Shown here piece after piece: positions 52,681 through 64,000 of a stretch of 64,000 bases of DNA; within the stretch, counting starts at the first letter, position 1; each line of letters begins with the position of its first letter. The notes below the pieces were generated by a model. That model was not told where the DNA came from, did not search any database, and saw only the letters and a list, made by a program, of their open reading frames with translations. The DNA is taken from positions 47,988,001-48,052,000 of the forward strand of contig OX597814.1 in the NCBI GenBank assembly GCA_951406725.2, read 5' to 3'. This DNA is from Octopus vulgaris (lineage: Eukaryota). Made by a program: the position numbers and the translations under genes.

Positions 52681-53498
52681 ACATACCTCATGTTGACACC
52701 TGTACATCAGACTGAACACTGTTTTATCTCCAACGTGAATATTGCAAGAGATATTTAAGCAAGAAACAGTTCTTTGGCTTTTGCATTTGATGACTTGCAA
52801 GTTGGATGAGAAATGTTAGGCAAGGTTTTAGATGTAACACCCCCACCCACCAATTTTTCACATTTATAAGCAATCAATTAGTCTTTTCTTCTTTGAATTG
52901 AATTTTGTTGAGAATATCTTCAGAAAATTGAGTAATCACCAGTTATTTATTTGCTTTATTTTCACTTTTTTGTTCACTTAAAGTAACTGCCTTTCCCTAG
53001 TAGTTTTTCATGTCAGCTGGTTTATTGCACACAAAACAGCCTTAAGAACACATTTGATCACGAATGTACATGGTTGATTACAGTTAATTAAAGTTAGAGT
53101 GATATGGATTTTTTTAGCCATTTACAAATGAGTAAAAAATGCAGAAATGAATATAGTTGTTCGTGGTCTAATATTTAAATCGAAATGAGACTATTTATGA
53201 ATAGCAAGCTTTATTTACATATATCTGTCATTTAAATGAGAAAATGTAGAAATGAATTGTTTAGAACGTCGGTTAATAAACAGGATGGCAGTAGAAACAG
53301 GACAAAAAGTAATGTAAACAGTTTGGTTGGAAGGCAATCTATATGAGCCTATGTCTTAAATTGATGTGAATTAGGACAAGCACATACCTCATGTTGACAC
53401 CTGTGCATCAGACTGAACACTGTTTTATCTCCAAAGTGAATATTGCAAGAGATATTTAAGCAAGAAACAGTTCTTTGGCTTCTGCATTTGATGACTTG
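52681..53498 (+). repeat. 117-bp direct repeat pair 701 bp apart
   Basis: 52681-52797 versus 53382-53498, three mismatches. Confidence 0.93.
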
Positions 53499-53749
53499 AT
53501 TTAAGTATTTTACTTTGATTTTTCACTGGCGTAGTGGTAAGAACTACAGGATAAGTAACATTAGTTTTGAATAAAAATATAAATGGAAGTTTTAATCATC
53601 CAATGGACAGGCCATAAGGATTACAAAAATACGGAACGCTCCACTCTCTCATGTATCCATGTTTAAAATTTCAGCGTGATTGGATGAACAATACTCGAGT
53701 TATAAGTGCACAAAAAAACAGAGAGGCAGAACAGGATTTATATATATAT

Positions 53750-53750
<1 letters not shown>
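53040..53750 (-). mobile_element. Possible non-autonomous Helitron-like remnant
   Basis: AAAATTTCAGCGTGATTGG...CGAGTTAT...TTTATATATATATA resembles a reversed Helitron 5' end. No clear CTAG 3' end found. Confidence 0.3.
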
Positions 53751-53783
<33 letters not shown>

Positions 53784-54512
53784 AGGCAGGCTTGGGGTTA
53801 GATATGACTTATTGGATGAGTATTTTCTGCTACTGAATGGTCTTCTTGTCACAAGCCCTTATTTTTCAAATAAGAGTTGGTGACTGGTTCTCACATGCTG
53901 AAACTGGCAAGGCTGCTGAACTATTGCACTTGTGTTTAATGGTCACTGTTCTTACTAAACAGCGTTAATGAAGACACATAGAATCAACCAGCAAACACAT
54001 GCATACACACGTATGTATACATACAGTCATATATATATAAAACATGCCAATTGATGTGTGTGTATATACTATATTAATAACATCCAGTCCAACAAATGTT
54101 TTTAGTCTGAAGACATGTCAGAGACTAAAAAGCAGTTATATTTTTTCTTACAAATTATTTCTTGACATATCTTTGAATGAAATAAAATACTATTGCTGGG
54201 CTCATTGTTTGTAATAGAGCATATATTGATACTCAAACTTTATTCTAAGTAGTCTAACCCATATTCCTGTAAGCAGCCAATCCCAGGACATGGACACACA
54301 ATTGCACTTCACTAGCATTGATTTCTCTTAAATTATTTCCATTCCCAATTCATTTACATTGCTCAACCTATCCCAATCTCTTCTGCAGGATAGTTCTTTG
54401 ATCTTTTCTAGAAACAATTTTAAACTTCACACAGCTGTCCACAATATTTTGCTTTCAGCTGTTATCAAAATTACAAACTTCATTTGATTAATAAAATACT
54501 TCTGTTGTTTAA

Positions 54513-54732
54513 CCCTTTCATTACCAACCTGGCTGAAACCGGCTCTGGCTCTGAGTACAAATGTCTTGTTTCCATAAGTTTTGAATTAAAATCTTCTATC
54601 AAACCTTGGTCACAACTTATGTTCCTAACACTAGCTGAATGATAACTGAATTATTTTACTAAATTCTTTGTTATATTTAAAGTAATTGAAAGAAACTCAG
54701 AGTATCTCAAAATAAACACAGTAACGAAAGGG
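54513..54732. mobile_element. piggyBac-type MITE, family 1, intact
   Basis: TTAA target duplication (54509-54512, 54733-54736). TIRs CCCTTTCATTAC / GTAACGAAAGGG. Confidence 0.92.
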
Positions 54733-54972
54733 TTAAATTGTGAATTTCATTCTTATTCTTTTTCAACATTTTACAACTTGACAGTTCTCTTCAGATTCTA
54801 AAATGTACAGATAGACACCTCAGTGGCCTTGCTACATGTTAGAAATAACAACATAATCAACAATTTCATGCTTAGCATTTTCTGAAACAAAATCATACAT
54901 AGTTTTCTTAACTTCCACTTATATAGGACAAACACCAGCTGACAGACAAAACTTAACTGAGAGGGACTACTC

Positions 54973-55290
54973 CATCATCATCATCACATGTCAGTTTTCC
55001 CTGCTGGCATGCCTTAGATGGTTTGACATCTAAGCTGGGAGCCAGAGGATTCTACCAAACTCCAATAACTACTTTGGCATGGTTTCTGTGGCTGGATGCG
55101 CTTTGTAATGCCAACTGCTTTACAAGTGTATTGGATGCTTTTTACATAACACCACACCAGTGAGGTTACCAAGTAACTTGCAAGATAAGACACCCTTAAC
55201 TGAGGAAGGTGGCTTTATGCTAGGGTGTGAGAGCTTAAAATATGACAGAATTACAGGAATAGATGTCTTGCTGTATGGCAAGGACTATCA
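54973..55290 (-). mobile_element. Degraded RTE-type LINE 3' end
   Basis: (CAT)n, TTTGGCATGGTTTCTGTGGCTGGATGCG. Similar to 7823-8250. Confidence 0.65.
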
Positions 55291-56081
55291 GTTATATCTA
55301 CATTATTATGACAGTTTCATTTATGGAGGACTGCCAAGCCTAGAAATGCAGTCAATAATATTCACACTTGTTACTAAACACATACTATATAGTCAGTGTG
55401 CATCCAGATTAAGACCTGTAGAGGCCTAAAGTACTTAGATTTTGGTGCCCCCATATGTCATTCAAACAATAATAAACCATAAAATAAATTTTTCCAGTCA
55501 TATAAACCACTTTAAATATAATTTTTAGCAAGTTTAGTGATTTCTTTTGTACCATAAGCCATTTCCCATTTTTGTGAAACCCCCTTCCCTCCATGCTTTA
55601 ATGATGTGCTTATTTTGCTTAATAGTTAATCCAGCACTGCCTGTATTGGAGAGACAAACCCAATGTATTCTGTAGTGTTTATGGGAAATGTGAAAAGAAA
55701 TTACTCTGAACAATTCCAAGAAACTTCTGCACAAAATGATAATGGTTCTAAATTTAAAATATCATGTATAAAATTGGATAGTCAGTTCATATTACTGTCC
55801 ATGTTACTCTTCTTCAGTGTTAAATATGGTGGTGATTGCCATATAAATATATGCACATGTTTATATAAGAAGGGGCAAATGTATGTATGGTGTTTGTTAC
55901 GTGCCCACAGCACGGAGGCCAGTCGATGCGGTACTGGCTACGGCCACGTTCGGATGGTTTTCTTGTGTGCCACCGGCATTTGTGCATAAATATTTTTAGA
56001 TGTCTGAGTGTTATTGCATAAAAGAGTATAGTGCTTTTATATGTATATAAGTGTGTGTATGTTTGAGTAAACAATGATACA

Positions 56082-56481
56082 TCTTTATATATAAAAGTCA
56101 AGTTGTGTGTCTGTCTCCTACGATTTAGATTCCTAACTACTCCCACATTTTGCGATGCAGTTTAACCAAAACCGGGTATCTTATAGTTGTGATTCATATT
56201 GAGCCCTTCTGGGTATTAGCACACGTCTACAATGAGTCTACGATTTAAAAAAAAATTTACCATCATTTTTTCCATTTTAATGCATCTTTTTCGCTATTAT
56301 ATAAGGGAAGTAACTCTCTAAAAATGTCTACGATGAGTCAACGATTTAAAAAAAAAATTTACCATAATTTTTTCCCCATTTTTAATGCATTTTTTTTGCT
56401 ATTTTTTGGCTATAACTCTCTAAAAATGCTTATATAGTTATTTCCCTTACAAACCGGAGCAACGCCGGGCGATACTGCTAG
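56082..56481 (+). mobile_element. Complete non-autonomous Helitron (400 bp)
   Basis: A|TCTTTATATATAAAAG 5' end, subterminal hairpin CCGGAGCAACGCCGG (56454-56468), CTAG|T 3' end, no TSD. Internal tandem repeat of about 101 bp (56225, 56326). Confidence 0.9.
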
Positions 56482-56930
56482 TATAATATAAATAGATACA
56501 TAGATATATCTATTTGTGTGTGTGATGGTGTATATTTTAATTATAAATGCATTTGTGATGTTGATAGCAAGAAAAATCAATGTAGGGAATTTAGCAGAGT
56601 TTATCTATAGAGGTGTACTCTATAAATATTATTGATGTGTAGAAGTTATGAACCATTTATCATTTTTCATTTTGTTTATTTATTGATCAAAATGTGATAT
56701 GAGATTAATAAACATAAATAGGTCATGAGAACCTATTTTTAGGGGGTCAAATATGATAGAAGTTGAATATTATTTGTTGAGTCTGTATTCCTTAAGTTTT
56801 ATTTGTTCAAAATATCCAAATTTAGACCCTGAATACAAAATATTTTTTGAAAATATGTCAATAAGTTGATTTGAATAACTAAAAGATTTATGAGATTTTT
56901 TTTTTTACTTTCCTTCTTAAAGATATCAGT

Positions 56931-57945
56931 GCAGGCATAGCTGTGTGGTTAAGAAGCTCACTTTACAACCATGTGTAAATGTGATTTTGGGTTCAGTCCC
57001 AGTGTGTGGTACTTTGAGCAAGTGTCTTGTACTATAACCCCAGGTTGGTAATTCCTTGTGACTGAATTTGATCAACAGAAACTGTATAGAAGTTCATTGT
57101 GTGTATATATATATATACAATTCATAAATGAGGGCAAAGGAAAAAATTTCTAATGCCAAATATGCCGAAAAATTGGACATATTGTCCATTAACCATATAA
57201 TTTTTTCACAATACGCACGCTACTCGAAAAAAGGTCGACAGAAATTTCTAAAAAATTCCATTATTACCATATCGGACCGATTTCAGAGTTAGCTACTAAG
57301 AGCCCTCTCTTCGTCAGTGATACATGTGGCAAAAGAAATAAATGAGATACTTACTCATACCCATGGAAGAAGCAAATACTAAGTCATGGGCACAACTAAG
57401 TACCCCTAATACATCCAAAATAGAAATACTCCAGCCCATTTGAGGCACGTGCGATTTGAACTGAGGCTCTCACAGAGTGAGTTAGTTAGTTCGGAAGTGA
57501 ATGCTTAAATTTATAATAATTGTAGCAGATACTAGTGTCTTGCAAATGGCACCCGTGTCAGTGGCATATAAAAGTACCCATTACACTCTCAAAGTGGTTG
57601 GTGTTAGGAAGGTCATCCAGTCATAGAAAACCATGCCAAATCAGACTGGAGTCTTGTGCAGCTTTCCAGCTTACCAACCCTGGTCAAACCATCCAAACCA
57701 TGCCAGCATAGACAACAGATGATAAATGATGATGATAATAATATGTATATGTTTGTATCTTTGTGTTGGTCTCTATCACCACTTGACAACTAGTGTTTGT
57801 TTACACCCCTGTAACCTTGTGGTTTAGCAAAAGAGACCAATAGAATAAGTACCAGACCTTAAAATAATGAATGCCATGACTAAACCCTTTATGGTGGTGC
57901 CCTAACATGGCTGCAGTCCAATGACTGAAATATATAAAAGGTAAA
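56931..57945 (+). mobile_element. SINE family A split by two nested insertions
   Basis: Head 56931-57117, foreign segment about 57118-57515, RTE-type tail about 57516-57740, then the SINE A tail resumes at 57741-57945. Confidence 0.85.
57265..57322 (-). ncRNA. Type I hammerhead ribozyme (probably from a Penelope-like or retrozyme terminal repeat)
   Basis: Minus strand reads UAUCA-CUGACGA-AGAG(18 nt)CUCU-GAAA-UCG-GUC-CGA-UA/UGGUA. This gives a complete core, stem I of 5 bp (one G-U), stem II of 4 bp, a palindromic stem III and an AUA cleavage triplet. Confidence 0.78.
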
Positions 57946-58068
57946 AACTTAAACCCCAAATTCAAAATTTTCATTTTCTTTTAACAAGAAAACCCATTCT
58001 TATGAAATTTTTGTGTCATCATATAGAATATAAAATAATAAATATACACATTGGGCTATACAAGAATA

Positions 58069-58142
<74 letters not shown>

Positions 58143-58159
58143 TTTGAAATTGTTCAAAA

Positions 58160-58480
58160 TGCTGACAAGTTTGCTGTCATTGTTCTAAGAAGAAAGAGCC
58201 TTAAAAACGTTACTGAGATGTTGAATGAGAAGAATGTATGGGAGAGTGTAGGTCTACCCAAAGCAGACCCAATACAAGAACTGGCTCATGAAGTTGTCAG
58301 CTGTGTTGTTGGAGGCATAAGGAAGGATACAAAGGCAGAAAGGGCAGTTATGGTTGCTGGCATACTGAAGTAGGACATACTCTAGTTACTGGCATTGTCA
58401 ATCAAGATAGAATAACTTCAATTAAAATACTCTGCCCTTAGGCCTTATCGAGTCCTTTGTTCAACTTGCAGATCTGTTTA
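58160..58480 (-). mobile_element. Possible decayed CR1-type LINE 3' fragment
   Basis: Minus frame ILIDN...TALSAF...LMPPTT loosely matches CR1 ORF2 ends. Confidence 0.3.
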
Positions 58481-59107
58481 TCTCCATGTCCTTCTAAAAG
58501 AAAAATCCATCCAATTATTAAATCTTTTAATATCAACACACCTGTGGCTGTTCATATTCATGCATTCATATTTGTTATATCAATCAAAGTCTCATAAAAT
58601 GAACACTAAGGTAGGTCTTCAGTTGGTCAAACCAGTGTAATATATGATATTATAAAATTACAGATATTTTATGAAAAACCCACTCAAATGTAACACAAAG
58701 GCAATCTACTTATGAAAAATATATTTTAGAAAAAAATGGTTTATTAATTACTCAAAAATGTATTATAGGTATACAATTGATTTTCTGGCAACTTTTAATC
58801 TAAATAAATTTTGATGAGGGACCTGAAATTCCTGTGGCCACCATTCTAGTTCACTGTGCTACCACCGGTGACATTGAGTGCACTGTGTGTTTATATGCAT
58901 TATTAACACTACACTTGTTAGTGGCAATAGCAAAATTTTGAGAGGTCTTCTGCTTATTTAGCTTAAAGTTACTCTTAACTGTGGCTACTCCAGGTAAGAG
59001 AACTGAGAGCATCAATAATAGTGTCAAACATGAATACCAATCCATATTGATCCAAAAGTAGAACGCTTGGGGGAAAAAACAAAGGACCCTGGTGTTGTGG
59101 TATGTAC

Positions 59108-59370
59108 CTTTAAAACCTTAGGCCTCCATTGGTCATGGCTGACCATGGATGATGTCATCCGTCTGTTGAGTTGTCTCTTCAGTTTTTGCAATGCCTCCTG
59201 TGGCTGTAGAGACCGATGCAAGAGTGGCAGTCTCGTTTGTAGAGGTCACACCTATACGCTGAATCTGGTCTGTCGGCTGTCATTTCTTTTCTGCAGGCTC
59301 GGTTTTCAGCTGCCGCCACCCTCAAATTTTCTTCACCAGCTTGCAGTTGTGGTATGTAAGTGGCATTAGC
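59108..59370 (-). mobile_element. RTE (BovB-like) LINE 3' end
   Basis: QLQAGEENLRVAAAENRACRKE...YRCDLYKRDCHSCIGLYSHRRHCKN* (C..C.S.IGL.SH.R.C-type terminus), then the hairpin GGTCA-GCCA-TGACC and ATGGAGGCCTAAG. Confidence 0.85.
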
Positions 59371-60894
59371 TCATTTATTGTTTATGATGTAAAGAAGCAA
59401 AGGAACAAAATATTAAAGCTTTATATAACTAGAGATGGTTCAGCAAAATTGTTAATCCGTCAAGGCTTTGGAAGTAAGGATACCAGAAAGTCAATGGTGT
59501 ACCTAATTATATAATAACTAAATGGGTAAATAAATAACTAAGCAATATAATTAGTAAGAAAGAAAAGTAGTTAGTATGAGATAAGATTGGTTAGAAAAAT
59601 GGTAAAAAAAATTTGAAAGAGTTGGGTGTAGTAAAGTTGTTAGTAAATTAATATTTATTTAAATATTCCGTAAATTATGTTTTGGAACAGGATTGCTACA
59701 TGAGAACTAGAGAGCAGGTTCTTTTAATAAAAGAGTAAGTACAATATTAGGTTAGCAAAAAGAGTAAGACAGAGAAAGATGGAAAAAAAATGGATAAACA
59801 TAATTTGTTATTTATGAATGTTATATTTTCTAGTTGATATCAGGATTTTTGTAGGTTTTAATAGCTATATAGCAGATTTCATCTATAGATTACTTTAGTA
59901 GTCCGATTGTTAATGTTAGTATTGACTGCAAATATATTATCTTGTTGGAAGAAAATAACTCTGGCTGCCATATTTTTAAAGTTTGGTATAATAGTCATTG
60001 GTCATTTTTTTGTTGTTTACAGTACTTTTGAATGATATATATTTGGTTATTACATAGGTGTTTGTAATACATACACATAGTGGGAAACTGAGGAGACAGA
60101 GAAATTAATGTGAAAGATTTGGGGTTTTGGAAACAGTTTTTCAGCATTTAACTATGAAATATGACCTTTTCTTTGGCCAAATTCCATTCCTATATCAGCT
60201 AAAAATGGTGTTACTAAATCTAGCTGTTTCTCAGCATTGTAAATATTTCTAGTATAGATCTTTAGATCATCCATAAAGCCAAAATAACCAGCAACACAGA
60301 CAGACTGTCTTCTTGCAACATTTCCTTTGAAGTATTTATAACATCAGAGACAATTGTTCTGCTTTCAGTTATGAGCATGAGGAGTGTTGGTCAATGTCAG
60401 CTACTTAGGCAACAAGTTCTTTATCCAAGTGAACATAGCATTGAACACCTTTCTTGTTATCAAGCTCCACTAGCATAAGATTTCTGCTATATTTTCTTAT
60501 TTCATCAAAAGATTTATACTGTATTATTTTCTTATTTCAAGCAGCACAGTTTTATTTATCAAGTTGTATGTATAGATATATGTGTGCGTGTGCACGCACC
60601 CCCCCACACACACACACATGCACACACAATGCATAAATATTTCTTTGAGATTTATTCAAGTTTGCAAAATTCAAGCTGGTTAGCAACAATTTTTTTTTGG
60701 GGGGGGGGTTCTTTTTTATAATTAAGACAGTTTCAGAGATTTGTGAATATGTGAGTTGATGTGTGCATATGAGTAAGTGTGGATATCCTTGCATACATGT
60801 TGTGATGTACATGTCTCTTTAGTACATATGCATATGTATGATTACTCTATGTATGTGTGTGCATGTGCTATATACATAAAGAATAATCACACAT

Positions 60895-61082
60895 ATATTG
60901 GTTTCAAATTTTGGCACAAGGCCAGCAAGTTTAGGGGGAGAGGGTCAGTCAATTACACCAACTTATTTTATCGACCCCAAAAGGAGGAAAAGCAAAATTT
61001 GAACCCATAATGTAAAGACAGACAAAATGCTGTTAAGCATTGCACCTGGTGTACTAATGATTTTGCTAGCTTGCTGCCTTAA
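60895..61082 (-). mobile_element. SINE family B, degraded
   Basis: TTTTATCGACCCCAAAAGGA...TTTGAACCC...GCTAGCTTGCTGCCTTAA. Confidence 0.75.
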
Positions 61083-61699
61083 TACATATATATTGGTTTT
61101 AAATTTTGGCTAAACTACATTTTTATGTCCTGTGAGAATACTGTAACAAGTTCTGTCTCTTGATGTGAATATTACATAAATACAGCTTCAGATTAGTGAC
61201 ATTAATTTTCTTTTCATTTGCAAACCTTAACAGAGTTGACCAGAGGTTCATTACCAGGATGAACAGCAGTGTAGACTAGCAGTCACTTTTGAATGTTCTT
61301 GTTTGTGACTATAGTATTTGCTTCAGTTCTTAGTGAGAATTGTGTGAACCGTGTTGATAGTCCTTTAGTGAAATTGATTATAGCGAATGAAATTTTGGTA
61401 AAAAAATAGCGAATGAAATTTTGGTAAAAAAATAGTGATTCTGGTGTCCATGATGAGGGACAGACTCAAACTCCTTCTAATATTCTAGTCATACTGTCAG
61501 ACAGTTTCAGAGATGCTGCTTTACTTAAGGACAGCTTTGTTGATGAGGAGGCATTTGACACAATGCCAGACTAGTTGCTTTCCTGCTCCCTAATTATCAG
61601 TCACCACATTGTTTTGTAGTAATCTTGGAGAAACACATTCAAGGAATTAGTCAACTATTTACAGATGATTTTAAGCATGTTATCACCTGTAGTTTTTCC

Positions 61700-63300
61700 T
61701 ATGCGTGTTTCCTGGTTCTTAAGTATGAACTTTGTGCAACTGCTACATTATGTTCAGCATCCATTTTTTTTTTTAAACTGGTTGATGATAGCTTTCCTGC
61801 AGAACTTGAGATTCCTATCCCTATATTTAACTGCCAGGCCTTTCTTAGGTGATTTTCCATTGGATAGTTTTGCAACAACAATCAGCAAAGTTTTACTGGT
61901 AATGTTATGTTTTAGGAGAGTCATTTACACAGTACTCCCTTCATGGTTTGTTCAAACCATACTGCATTGTTTTTGTTCCTTCTCGAGCCATGCCTGGCTC
62001 ATAAGGGCCAGTTTTCTGGTTTCTTGGCGTATAGGTTCCCCACCTGGACGGGACGCCGGTCCTTTGCAGGTGAGCTGCAAGATGCAGGAGGAAAGAGTGA
62101 GAGAAAGTTGTGGCGAAAGAGTCAGTAGAAGTTTCGCCATTACCTTCTGCCGGAGCCGCGTGGAGCTTAGGTGTTTCGCTCATAAACACACACATCGTCC
62201 AGTCTGAGATTCAAACCCGCGATCCCTCAACTGCGAGTCCACTGCTCTAACCACTAGGCCATGTGCCTCCACAAACCATACTGCATTGCATTTCTGGTAC
62301 TTATTTATGTTCCAGATCATTCGAAGGAAGAGCATTTACAACCCCAGCACTATGACCATCTATGTGGTAATATACAGTTTGTGAGCTTAATACGAACTTC
62401 TGTTTGATAATCCTATAATTTTGTTATTTGCTACAATAACAAAGCTTTTGACTTATTGTTTGTAGTTCACATTTAAGGGCAACAAGTTTACTTTGTCAGT
62501 CTCTGTAAATTTGGGATAATCTACCATAAAGTCATTGTTAGTGCTTTGTGAATTCATTATTCACTTTGCATATAAGGGTAGTATCCAATTATCCAATGAT
62601 TTTGTGTATTCTGTCATTGTTTTCTTTTTGATAGAGCTAATGTATTTTGGTTATATTCTGTTATTTCTGTTGATTTTTATTAGTCCCATCAGTGACAACA
62701 GGTAATGTTGACACAGCAAAACAATATGATATTCAGTGTCCCAAAATTTCAATTTATGCTAGATTTTATCGAGCATCCTGATCAATGACAGACAAATCTT
62801 GTCAGTAGATTTCTTTGTTTACTCTTGTCATAACCACTTTCAATTGTTCAGGTAAAAAGTGAAATTCTCTCTAAATTTTGCTGTTTTTTTTTATACATCA
62901 GTTTGTATTCTTTACTCATTTCTATTTGTCTGTAATCAACTACCACATGTCCACATAATAGCATCAGTCATTTTTCTGTGTTGGTGTTATCATTTTCATT
63001 TGGGTTGTGGTTCATGTTCTTAGCAAATTTCTTGGGACCAGAGTCTATTGGGCTTTTGATTCAGTTGCGAATTTTTAATTTTGCTTGGTAGAGACTATAA
63101 TTTTCCACAATGAATATAGCTTGCTATATGTATATACCTGCTTCATGCTGAAATTGAAAGATATTTTACATCCAAGTAGTGCTTCATCCTGTGCATGTGA
63201 CTGATTAGAAGATTTCCCTTGCATTTTTTCTAATTAGTACAGATTGTGATTAAATTCAGAAATCCACTGAAATTTCTCTTGATAGTTCCACAATCTGTGA
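61700..63300 (-). mobile_element. Possible ancient Helitron Rep/PIF1 helicase remnant, interrupted by a SINE C
   Basis: Frameshifted minus-strand pieces LSVID/RMLDKI, FGTLNIILF, TLPVVTDG (62690-62800) and LPVKLC..KTI..KS (61850-61905) resemble PIF1 motifs in the correct order. Confidence 0.35.
61970..62271 (-). mobile_element. SINE family C, full length with 17-bp TSD
   Basis: Reverse complement GGAGGCACATGGCCTAGTGGTTAGAGC...GGGTTTGAATCTC...GGACCGGCGTCCCGTCCAGG...GGAACAAAAAC. TSD CAAACCATACTGCATTG at 61953-61969 and 62272-62288. Confidence 0.94.
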
Positions 63301-64000
63301 GAGCTAACTCTGGTTTTTTGTCTTGCTGGGGCATATGTTGCTATCTATGTATTACTTACCAGTTTAATTAGACAACTTGATTGTTACTATGATCTTCTCT
63401 AAACTTTTTTTTTTTTTACATTAATGGCAAAAGTTGAAGGGATAGTGTTTATTTCTAAAGAGGATAACTAGTTCCATGTCAACATGTCTGACATCAATGC
63501 TTTTATGATAGAATTATATAACGAATTTGTTAGATTTAGAGTAATATCAAAGAAGCGGTAAGATTTTGTATTTATAGTAATTAGCAGTACATTTTTGAAA
63601 AAGATGTTGAGTTTTTGGAGATATATTCCACACTCACATAAGATCAATCACAGAGTGGTATAATACAATGTCTAAAAGGAGCAATGCTTTGTTGGAAATA
63701 CAGCATCTGATACTGTTCCTTCCTCTAGAGGGGCAAGAGAAATGTTTGTAAACCAGAAAACTTGGGTGGCTATGAGTCAGGAATAACTTGCAAATGGGTT
63801 TCATATTACCAGTATCAGGATTTTTCCACAAGAAACATCAAATGGCATTTTGGGAAGCTTTAAAGCCTGGAACTGATTTTTCTTGTCCTAGTAGACATGC
63901 ACTTCTAGTAAATTCCAGTTACATCAACATTGTACACTTGTTCTATGTATTTAGTTTTCTTCAGCATTAATTTTCTTCAGCTTCTCAGGATAATTAGTAG

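Noticed and set aside
9385-59370. 5' RTE fragment (9.4-10.4 kb) and 3' RTE fragment (59.1-59.4 kb) as one giant interrupted element
   Set aside because: On the minus strand the 3' piece lies upstream of the 5' piece, so they are separate insertions.
61665-62207. Longest ORF (180 aa) as a gene
   Set aside because: It runs antisense through a SINE insertion and decayed TE sequence, with no recognisable domain.
62195-62271. tRNA gene
   Set aside because: A and B boxes are present, but it is the head of a TSD-flanked SINE without a proper acceptor stem.

Overview
AT-rich eukaryotic DNA dense in microsatellites, with no intact protein-coding gene. The repeat families suggest an octopus genome (recognised from memory, not searched), and the window is probably a long intron or intergenic interval. 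It contains three tRNA-headed SINE families, many 5'-truncated RTE-type 3' tails ending in (GAT)n, and decayed LINE fragments (RTE, Dong/R4-like, CR1-like). DNA transposons include two mariner remnants, one Tc1 remnant, piggyBac-type and pogo-type MITEs and a complete non-autonomous Helitron. Nearly all supplied ORFs are microsatellite or repeat artefacts. Most notable: an apparently intact type I hammerhead ribozyme on the minus strand (57265-57322) plus a decayed second one; a candidate recursive splice site or 29-nt exon at 34888; several perfect foldback palindromes at rearrangement junctions; and a convergent retroposon pair nested in a MITE that could form dsRNA. Boundaries of degraded elements are approximate.
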